From Candidatus Midichloria mitochondrii IricVA (GTDB lineage Bacteria; Pseudomonadota; Alphaproteobacteria; Rickettsiales; Midichloriaceae), in contig NC_015722.1 of assembly GCF_000219355.1 (NCBI RefSeq), forward strand, positions 120,001-152,000: DNA of 32,000 bases. The letters run 5' to 3'. The first letter of the stretch is position 1, and each line of letters starts with the position of its first letter. The position numbers and the translations under genes are program-made. The notes beneath the pieces were generated by a model, which worked only from the letters and a program-made list of their open reading frames with translations, had not been told where the DNA came from and ran no database searches. This document shows positions 1 through 7,694 of the stretch, piece after piece.

Positions 1-343
1 TATTGATAGGATGATAGTTATAGGCTCCGATAAAATGATGGCTGCAGTTGCTTATGCAAGGCATAATAACTTAAGACATTTGTTTAAAGCTGGGCATATT
101 GCAATTGGCTCCATCAATTCTCCTATGCAGTGCATGATGAAAGAGATATGTGCGCAGTGTTTGCAAATAAATGTAGACCCAAAGACTGGTGAAGAATACT
201 ATGTGTATGGCTGCGCTGAGCAAGACCAAGAGCTTGATAGAGTTGATTTTAAGTGTTTAAGCACAAGATTATCTCAAAATCATGTCATGGAGAAAGTAAC
301 CGGGAATATTATTGAGCAGATTGAAAAGGCAATGCCTGGTTAA
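1..343 (+). CDS. FAD/NAD(P)-binding oxidoreductase, C-terminal part (PyrK / sulfite-reductase-B-like Cys-cluster region). The 5' end lies outside the window and the last codons come from an IS terminal repeat.
   Basis: The frame is open from base 2 to the stop at 341-343. The motif GSINSPMQCMMKEICAQCLQ...YVYGCAEQDQELDRVDF resembles the Cys-cluster C-terminus of PyrK-like electron-transfer subunits. The final codons (..AMPG*) overlap the IS1-like terminal repeat that starts at 328. Confidence 0.45.
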   Translation, partial: IDRMIVIGSDKMMAAVAYARHNNLRHLFKAGHIAIGSINSPMQCMMKEICAQCLQINVDPKTGEEYYVYGCAEQDQELDRVDFKCLSTRLSQNHVMEKVTGNIIEQIEKAMPG

Positions 344-796
344 TTATAGGCGGCAATAAGAGGATGTGGTATCTTCATAGTAAAACGGGAGTAGAAATGA
401 CAATCAAGTGTAAATATTGCGGCTCCACAGCTGAGCAGGTGAAGAATGGTGTGGTGTATGGACCAGCAAGAGGTAAAATAATAGGTGCAAGAATTGCAAA
501 AAGAATTACCGAGAAGGTGATAAGCGGCAGAAATACACTATGAATGATAGACCTAAAACCTAACCTTGAGGACTGCGGGATTAGGGCGATAGAGAGACTG
601 ACTGGAATCCATAACAGCCAAATATAGTCACTTAAGGATATCGAGGTCCTAGAGATTGAGGAGCTGTGCACATATATAAAAAAAGACCAAAGAATGGAAG
701 TGGGAGTACGCCTTTATATGGATTGCTGTTAATAGAGAAGCGGGTGAAATTATTGACTTTGAAGGGTAGGGTGACGGGGGCAAGGCAACCTACCTC
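328..796 (+). mobile_element. IS1-family element remnant (copy A), truncated at its 3' end and carrying an internal deletion
   Basis: It starts with the terminal repeat GGCAATGCCTGGT(T)AATTATAG shared with copies at 19828 and 6035 (reverse complement). Translation gives a broken InsA-like zinc-finger (MTIKCKYCGSTAEQVKNG) and an InsB-like segment (LEIEELCTYIKKDQ). Similarity to copy C stops near 796, and about 70 bp present in copy C are missing after ..CAGCCAAATAT. Confidence 0.8.
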
Positions 797-872
797 CTTT
801 TTGTTTCAAATATAATTTGATTTCTCGTGATCATGGATATATTTTGAAGAAAAATTTTTATAAAAGTTATCA

Positions 873-1784
873 GTGAATTGGTTTGCTCGTTTAAAGAAAG
901 GTCTATTTAAAACTGCTAATACTCTGAGCTCTGGACTCAAAGTAATTTTAGACCGTAAAAAGCTTGATCAAGAGACTTTAGAAGAAATCCAAGATTTACT
1001 AGTATCAGCTGACGTAGGTTTTGCTATTGCGGATGAATTAACTAAGAAAATCTCTAACCTAAAGATCAAAAATGAAGATGACTTAGAACGCGGAGTCAAG
1101 GGCTTTTTGAATCATGAAATAACGGAGATGCTTAAGCCTTATGCCGTTGATTTAAAAATTATTGCTAAGCCTACTACAATTGTATTATGTGGAGTAAACG
1201 GTAATGGTAAAACTACTACTGCTGGTAAGTTAGCCAAGCGTTTTAAGGATGTAGGTAAGAGTGTTATGTTAGCGGCCTGTGATACTTTTAGAGCTTCGGC
1301 CGTTGAGCAATTGGTTGCTTGGAGTGAAAGAGTGGATTGTGCCATAGTAACTGGTCAAGATAAACAAGACCCCTCGAGTATTGCTTATAACGCGCAACTT
1401 CTAGTCCAAGAACAAAATATTGATGTACTAATAGTGGATACTGCTGGTAGATTACACAACAATCAAAATTTAATGTCTGAACTTGAAAAGACCGTTAGAG
1501 TGATACAAAAAATTAATTCAATCGCACCTCAAGAGATAATTATGGTATTAGATGGTAGCACGGGACAGAATGCTTTACAGCAACTTGAGGCCTTTATGAA
1601 AGTAGTGCAGATTACTGGCCTTATAATCACTAAGTTAGATAGCAGTGCAAAAGGAGGCATAGTGCTGACCTTGACCCAAAAATATAAAATTCCGATATAT
1701 GCAATTGGCATAGGAGAAGACATAGAAGACCTCAATTCTTTAGATCCTAAGTTGTTTGCAGATGCTATTGTGCACTACAGCTAA
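873..1784 (+). CDS. ftsY: Signal recognition particle receptor FtsY
   Basis: 303-aa ORF with a GTG start. It carries the SRP-GTPase motifs GVNGNGKTTTAGKLA (P-loop), DTAGR and TKLD. Confidence 0.95.
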   Translation: MNWFARLKKGLFKTANTLSSGLKVILDRKKLDQETLEEIQDLLVSADVGFAIADELTKKISNLKIKNEDDLERGVKGFLNHEITEMLKPYAVDLKIIAKPTTIVLCGVNGNGKTTTAGKLAKRFKDVGKSVMLAACDTFRASAVEQLVAWSERVDCAIVTGQDKQDPSSIAYNAQLLVQEQNIDVLIVDTAGRLHNNQNLMSELEKTVRVIQKINSIAPQEIIMVLDGSTGQNALQQLEAFMKVVQITGLIITKLDSSAKGGIVLTLTQKYKIPIYAIGIGEDIEDLNSLDPKLFADAIVHYS

Positions 1785-1883
1785 GCATTATGAGTTAAAT
1801 TTATGAAAGTGCAGAGAGTTCGATGCTTACAATCTTTGAGCGACACTTAGATTTAGTCGCGCTCCAGTACCTAATTGAATTTC

Positions 1884-1960
1884 TGGCGTTCCCGACAGGA
1901 TTCGAACCTGCGACCTTTAGATTAGGAATCCAACGCTCTGTCCTGCTGAGCTACGGGAAC
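1884..1960 (-). tRNA. tRNA-Arg, anticodon CCU, with CCA encoded
   Basis: Hand-folded 77-nt cloverleaf: acceptor GTTCCCG/CGGGAAC, D stem GCTC/GAGC, anticodon stem TTGGA/TCTAA, loop TTCCTAA, T arm GCAGG-TTCGAAT-CCTGT, discriminator G followed by CCA. Confidence 0.9.
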
Positions 1961-2259
1961 TAGCGGTACAGTATATAAGCGGGTATTCTATTTATTATGA
2001 GCAGAGAGTCAATTTAATAAGTAAAAAAATTTACTTTTATTTAATAAAATATTATAAAGGTATTTGATAACTTACCTTGTTTGGTTTTTTATGTTTGATG
2101 TTTTGAAAAAGCTTTTTTTGTTTTTTTTAAGAAAAAGACATCGGGTGCAAAGCAAGGAACATCCTTTTATTTTATCAGATATTAAATCTTCTTTGAATAG
2201 AGACTGGCACGCCGTAGGAGATGATCTTAATAATGTTTTAGTACAATGGAGGCAATCCT

Positions 2260-2628
2260 GTGTCAAAAAATGAGGTAAATAAAAATACTCGTGATGGTTT
2301 TATGAAACAGAGTAAAATTTCTTCAATTCTTCCATCTCCAGCAATGTTAGAAAGTTATGAAGAAATAGCGCCGGGTATAGTAGATAAATTAGTGGACTTA
2401 GTTGAAAAAGAACAAAAACATCGTCATTCTCTTGAAGAGAAAGCTCTTAAGTGTGAAATAATGTTTGAAAAATGTAGCTTGGTTGCGGTTAAAGGGGTAT
2501 CAAGCTTAATTGCAGTTTTAGTACTTTTAATTAGTTTCCTTGCGGCAAAATTAAGCCTTTTTGTTGGTATGATTTTTTGCCTTTCTTGTTATACATTTTT
2601 GTTCTTTATAGAAAAAATAAAAAGTTAA
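2260..2628 (+). CDS. DUF2335-like small membrane protein
   Basis: 122-aa ORF (GTG start, alternative ATG at 2302). The N-terminal pattern LPSPAMLESYEEIAPGIVDKLVDLVEKEQKHRH matches the DUF2335 signature as I remember it. Two hydrophobic segments lie at the C-terminus. Confidence 0.55.
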   Translation: MSKNEVNKNTRDGFMKQSKISSILPSPAMLESYEEIAPGIVDKLVDLVEKEQKHRHSLEEKALKCEIMFEKCSLVAVKGVSSLIAVLVLLISFLAAKLSLFVGMIFCLSCYTFLFFIEKIKS

Positions 2629-2963
2629 ATTCTAAGAACAGAAGCGAAGAAATTAATATGGCTACGATGTCTATGAAAACCCCTGTAAAGAAAAAGTTCG
2701 GAAAGGGACAAAGATTTAGGGAAAGAGAAAAACGTACTTCAGCATAACGACTCTAGTTTTTCGAGGTAACGGAGTATATCCCAAGTAAAGCTATAAAACC
2801 TCAAAGTTGCTTGGTATATGAGGTTCGCCTCTGGAGTTAGCTGCGTTTTGATAAATTTCAGAACGCATCTAAAAAGTCTTGCTGCAGCCCTGCGGTGATT
2901 TTCATATTGTCGCCTTGCTCAATGGTAAAAGGCATAGGTGCCATTAAGATTATTTTTTGCCTT

Positions 2964-3717
2964 TAACCATTAAAAGTTTTTCTCAATTTCATGATAAATA
3001 AGAAAAGTGGTTTCCCTAGTAGAAATATTTTGTTTGATTGATGATTTTTGCAAGCGACAACTCACGTACCAAAGATCCTTAAGAAACTCGCAGAGACAAA
3101 GGGAACGAGAGTCTGGGATGATGCTTTCCGAAGTTATAACGATCCTCGTTTTGTTTCATTTGAGGGCATTACCGGATTCAAAGATTTTTACCTAAACTGT
3201 GTTCAAATCTCTCTCAGAGAGGAATTGCCGAAGCTTATCAGCTACAATCGCTTTGTTGAGCTGGATATGCGAGACGCGGTCATCCCGTTGGTCATTCTGC
3301 TGAATTGCTGCAAAGGGAAACAAACAGGTACGTTGACTCAACAAAAAGCTGGAAGGTTTGTCATAACTTATGTATTAGCCGTAATAAGGTCTTTAAAGGC
3401 ACCGCTTAGCGTGGGAAACGTCGACCCGGATGGTTCTTTGGCCTCAAATGATCAAGGAGAGATTATGTCATTCACACTGACTTCGGGTAATACAGATGAT
3501 CGAGCCGTTGTCGAGAAACTGACTCAATATTTGACAGGCCTTCTATTCGGAGATCGGTGGTATATAAGCAAACACTGAGCAATCAAGGTATTGAGCTCAT
3601 CACACGGCTTAAGAAAAACATGAAAAACAAAACCCGTTTGCGGCTTTTAAACAACTGCTTCTTGCAGGGCGTGGATTGATTGAAACAGCCATCGGACAAT
3701 TGAAAGAGATTTGCCAA
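2964..3717 (+). mobile_element. IS982-family element, truncated at both ends, with a frameshifted transposase (covers track ORFs 3007..3195 and 3048..3578)
   Basis: Translation shows IS982-type motifs: SLVEIFCLIDDFCK, LPKLISYNRFVEL, NDQGEIMSFTLTSGNTDDRAVVEKLTQYLTGLLFGD and GIELITRLKKNMKNK. It lacks the TTAACCCCAGTTTGAG terminal repeat seen at 12991 and 18597. Similarity to the other copies ends at 3717, six bases before the holA stop codon. Confidence 0.85.
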
Positions 3718-3723
3718 CCCTGC

Positions 3724-4773
3724 CTAGCTTGAAGTACGCTGGCGCAAGATTTGGCATAAGCTATGTATCGTATAAATATCTTTATCACTCATGCCATCTT
3801 TTTTAATTGAAGATTCTAGTAGTAGTAAGTTATAAAGATAATTGTTAATCTGTTTTAAGCTAATTGATTTTAGGATATCTAAAAATCTATTTCGATTTTT
3901 GAAAAAAAGCGGGGGTGTTAACATTAATAAAGCTCCATTTAGAGATTTACCTGCATTTAAAAGCTCCTTTACCTGTTTTAATCTCGTTGCATAATTTTGT
4001 AAGGCTCTAATAATAAAAATGTTGTTGTACCCCTGATCAGTAATAATAGTAATTTCTTTTAAAAATTTTTTGATATCACTAGTGAAAAACGCATTGGCTA
4101 AATCTTCTAAAGATGATTCAGCGGAATAATTAGCAAACAACTCTGCAATAGCACTTACTGTTAACTTCTGGTAACTACAATAAAGCGCTAATTTTTCTAA
4201 TTCGCGCTCAATCAATAACCTATTAGAAGGCATAATGGACGCTAGCTCAGTTGGTAGGTTATCCTCATACGGTATTTTCTTTGCCACAAGCCAATTTCTT
4301 ATTATATTAACAATAGCTTGGTAATCAGGCTTGTAGCAAGGTACAATTAGTGCTCCGTAGATTGCTTCTAGAGATTTAACTATTCGCGAATTTTTTCTTG
4401 CTTCTCCTGCGATAAAAAGCACTGCTGAATTAATCGCTGCTGTATTTTTTTGTAAAATTTTTGCGATATCTGCGTTAAGATTTTCGCTGCAATCCTCTAT
4501 TAGCAATAATTTTTTTTCTGCAAATAATGAGCTTGAACAAAAAAAGTCGTTTAGAGTTGCCAGGCTAGAAATCAGCTGGTTATATGTAATACTTTGTAAT
4601 CCATGGATTTTATCTTCTTTACTTGGCAAAAATCTAGAAATAAGTTTTTCTTTTACTATTCTGATAGCGCCTTCATCAGATCCATATACCAAACTGCAAA
4701 CAATATTTCCCTTATGATTTGTTAAAAATCCTTCTACCTTTTCAGAATCAACAGTGAACGCAGGAGATTTCAT
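3724..4773 (-). CDS. holA: DNA polymerase III subunit delta (HolA)
   Basis: 349-aa ORF. The N-terminal SLVYGSDEGAIRIV pattern, the length and the helical C-terminal half fit HolA. This is family recognition from memory only. Confidence 0.65.
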   Translation of the reverse strand: MKSPAFTVDSEKVEGFLTNHKGNIVCSLVYGSDEGAIRIVKEKLISRFLPSKEDKIHGLQSITYNQLISSLATLNDFFCSSSLFAEKKLLLIEDCSENLNADIAKILQKNTAAINSAVLFIAGEARKNSRIVKSLEAIYGALIVPCYKPDYQAIVNIIRNWLVAKKIPYEDNLPTELASIMPSNRLLIERELEKLALYCSYQKLTVSAIAELFANYSAESSLEDLANAFFTSDIKKFLKEITIITDQGYNNIFIIRALQNYATRLKQVKELLNAGKSLNGALLMLTPPLFFKNRNRFLDILKSISLKQINNYLYNLLLLESSIKKDGMSDKDIYTIHSLCQILRQRTSS

Positions 4774-5571
4774 GAAGTAACTGTAAGTTATTTTTTCAGT
4801 TCACTTATAATTCAATTCTGTCAAGATTCATATCTATTTCCACTTTTCAAAGAGAAATTGTAAACAATTCTGGCTCTTGTGTTGGATGAGTGTAATCCAA
4901 GAAGGGAGTCGCGATATAGAAGATATTTTATAATGTTCTACGCTCCAAGCAGTTGTCACCTAGATTTACATAAGAATTTGAATGTTCTAAGGTGTATTTT
5001 AATATGTCAGCAGCTGTTATATCTCCTAATTTTGTTTTTTCATTTATGGGTTTTATTTCTTTGAAACGGTTATAATTATTACAATATTCTCAATTGAAAT
5101 GTCTAAATGCCTCTATAGTGAGAGTTGGTATAATACCCACTAATGCTGTAGTAATAATCGATTCGTCTGACTTGAAATAATTCTTAAAGCATAGTCTTAT
5201 TAAAGAAGGAACAGTTGGTATAAAGGTTATGATGAAAAGAAATGGCATGCATATATGCCTAGCTTTTAGATATCTCCATAAAAAAGTAAATAGGCCAATT
5301 TTTGTTCATTGTTTTGTTGTTCAAAAAAGAGAAGAGCCTAAATTGGGTTGGAGGTGCTGCTCTTTTCCTTCTAATAAATTTAAAGTTTTATTGACATCAA
5401 GAGAGATGGCTTGCCTAATACGCTCTGCAAGTTCAGTGCTAGAACTGCTATTAGCCCAGTAATCTTAAGGCTTTGCATGGGGATTTTTAATTGCGCCTGA
5501 TAAATAGTTTACAATTGACCATAGGTTATAAACTGAGGCTATATGAAGATCATCATTAATCAGGTTGTAAT

Positions 5572-6035
5572 GGCATGGCCTAATATTTATAGATAGAAGT
5601 TTCAAATTCAGCAAATGCCCTATGGAAGAAGAGGGTAAGAGTAGCGCAAAGCATCCTCAGGGATTTGCTATAGCGCTTTGTTCTTCGATTAAAACTAGCT
5701 AGATAATGCCTTATTAAAGAATTCTTTGATTCTACCAATGAGGTCTCAGCTTTTGTTTTGTTATGGTGCGTGGAGATTTTATAGTATTCATAAACGCTGT
5801 AACCATCTGTACATAGCGCCCCCCGTCTCCTTCGATCCATGAAGATATATTCCAGTCAGTCTCTCTGTCGTCCTAATCCCACAGTCCTCAAGGTTAAGTT
5901 TTTAAGTCTATCATTCATCGTGTATTTCTGCCGCTTATCACCTTTTACACTTGATTGTCATTTCTACCCCCACCCATTTCACTACGAAGATATCAAACAC
6001 CCTCTTATTGCTGTCTATAATTACCAGGCAATGCC
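5572..6035 (-). mobile_element. IS1-family non-autonomous derivative (copy B, MITE-like) that keeps both terminal repeats
   Basis: The ends are GGCATGGCC (5572) and GGCAATGCC (reverse complement, 6035). Aligned by eye to copy C, it lacks the zinc-finger segment, a 13-bp segment, and about 245 bp of the DDE N-terminal region. It retains the InsB C-terminal coding (track ORF 5580..5840: ..TDGYSVYEYY..HHNKTKAETSLVESKNSLIRHYLASFNRRTKRYSKS). Confidence 0.8.
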
Positions 6036-6958
6036 CTGAGGTGTTACCAAATTTGCTTTACAATTTATTTGAATTAAATTATCCCGAAGATAAACTGCAG
6101 ATCTTAATAGTTTTGGAAGCTGACGGTAAGGGAACTATCTTAACTGCCGAAAAGTTAAGGTCCCATCTTTTTTTCCTAGAGCCAAGCTCAAGGCATGTGA
6201 TTATGCTCCTCAATTTGTGAAGGGTGAATATGTGGTGATTTATGATGCTGATGATAAGCCTTGCAAGAATCAATTAATTGATGTGGTTAAAGTTTTTAGA
6301 AATAGCGAGTCTAACTTAGCATGCGTGCAAACAAGATTAAGTTATTATAATGCTCACGAAAATCTTTTAACTAGTTTATTCGCAATTGAATACGCCTTTA
6401 GTAGGCACCAGTAAACACTTCAGGGCTAGTGTTTTAAAGCAGCTAAAAATGGGATCAGTTTAACTTAACAGAGGACGCTGATATGGGAGTCAGACTTAAA
6501 AAAAATGGTTATAAAGTTAAAATCCTATTACCATAAAAAGTTGGATTAAATAAAGATCCAGGTGGCATAAAGACTTTGTACAGACGTATTTTATACATAT
6601 CAAAAATCTACTTCTTTTATACAAAAAGTTTGGGCTCATGGGATTAACCGCTTTTCATGTATTTTTTATTTTTGGCTCTATTTCAGCTGTTGGGGTGCTT
6701 TTTTCACCTATTTTGATTTTTTATATTGATAACTTGTTTATTAACGTGTTTTCAGCTTTTAATTTCTTTTTATTTTTCGTGACCTCAATAAGAAAAGCGA
6801 AAAAAGTTTGTTTGGATAATAAATGGTTGAATTTTAAGTGTTATCTATTCCCATTTTATCTGGTTTTACAAGTAGTGCCCTCTATAAGGAGCCTCTTCCA
6901 ACTTATGACAAGACCATACTATTGGGGGGGGAAGAGGGGATCATACACGGAGTGAGCT
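6036..6958 (+). pseudogene. Family-2 glycosyltransferase pseudogene. The N-terminus is removed at the IS1-like copy B boundary, and there are several frameshifts and stops.
   Basis: Fragments in shifting frames: LFELNYPEDKLQILIVLEADG, KACDYAPQFVKGEYVVIYDADDKP, ACVQTRLSYYNAHENLLTSLFAIEYAF, then TEDADMGVRLKK-like text and a hydrophobic C-terminal region (track ORF 6638..6955). Confidence 0.75.
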
Positions 6959-7118
6959 CTTATCACCGCGAGAGGTGCTCTAGTGCTAATTTGAGGGTTT
7001 GAATTCAATACCTAATTATTTATCAGTGAATTAACTTTGTCTCTTCAATAAAAATTAATTTTCAGTCAGTAATTTTTTTGTTATTATAACATTTGTCCTT
7101 AAGGACGTTAATTTTTAA

Positions 7119-7541
7119 ATGGAGTTTATTATGGATAAAGATGTTGCTATCGATGTGGTAGAGGGTGCGGTTTGTATTGTGTATGGCGGCGAGAAATTTT
7201 TGCTTACAGAAGAATTATGCAGAGATCATAACGCTATCATGAAATTTGCAGAAGAAGTTATCTTTGAGGGAGAGGAAAATTTTATGCGATACCTTGAAAG
7301 AAAAGGACTGGTGAAAGATAAATTTGCCGAAATTTTAATCCAAGATATCAAGTCTATGGAGCATTCTGCTGCTAACCAAGAAATTGCGAATAAAATTTTA
7401 GCGCATGACATGCTATCTCAAGGTGAGACTCAGTCTCAAGGGCCGCATATTGGTTCTGAAAGCCATGCTATACATATGGAATCTGCTTCAGAGCTTAGTG
7501 CTAGTGAAGCTACTGATCATATTCACCATGACCACGTATAG
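7119..7541 (+). CDS. Hypothetical protein with an acidic N-terminal half and a Ser/His-rich tail
   Basis: 140-aa ORF with an ATG start. A long AT-rich upstream region precedes it and a hairpin terminator follows. I recognise no family. Confidence 0.5.
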   Translation: MEFIMDKDVAIDVVEGAVCIVYGGEKFLLTEELCRDHNAIMKFAEEVIFEGEENFMRYLERKGLVKDKFAEILIQDIKSMEHSAANQEIANKILAHDMLSQGETQSQGPHIGSESHAIHMESASELSASEATDHIHHDHV

Positions 7542-7555
7542 TTATAATTTTGAAA

Positions 7556-7579
7556 AGCCTATATTTATATAGGCTATTT
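7556..7579 (+). terminator. Putative intrinsic terminator after the 7119..7541 ORF
   Basis: Perfect hairpin AGCCTATA-TTTA-TATAGGCT followed by ATTTG. It starts 15 nt after the stop codon. Confidence 0.45.
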
Positions 7580-7694
7580 GGGCATTGTTAATAAAGTCTT
7601 ATGGCTAGGTCATGATTACTGAGACGTGTATGTGGAATTCGCTCTGCTGCGTTTTGCGTTCGAATTGGGGGAAAGCTCTGTCTTAAAGTTAGCT

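Noticed and set aside
375-671. The 98-aa minus-strand ORF, together with similar ORFs at 19689..20027, 19993..20187 and 20141..20476.
   Set aside because: They are antisense or out-of-frame readings through IS1-like remnants. Their repeated text (..DIWLLWIPVSLSI.LIPQSSRL..) simply reflects the repeated DNA.
1139-1345. Antisense or overlapping ORFs inside well-supported genes: 1139..1345, 1529..1735, 7717..7929, 8326..8592, 13606..13872, 16935..17312, 17343..17624, 21864..22235, 23179..23475, 24461..24691, 26896..27225, 27646..27895, 28750..28956 and 30653..31072.
   Set aside because: Each lies wholly within a conserved gene on the opposite strand or in another frame, has no family resemblance, and shows low-complexity composition typical of shadow ORFs.
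2658-2747. The 29-codon, very basic ORF could be a small ribosomal-protein-like or toxin peptide gene.
   Set aside because: It is too short to support from sequence alone, with no recognisable family or clear RBS. It is mentioned only as part of the accessory module finding.
1884-2760. tRNA-Arg could be the attachment site of a genomic island containing the DUF2335 module.
   Set aside because: The accessory DNA lies on the 5' side of the tRNA, whereas integrase-mediated islands normally sit at the 3' end. No integrase gene is present, and I see no direct repeat of the tRNA 3' end further along.
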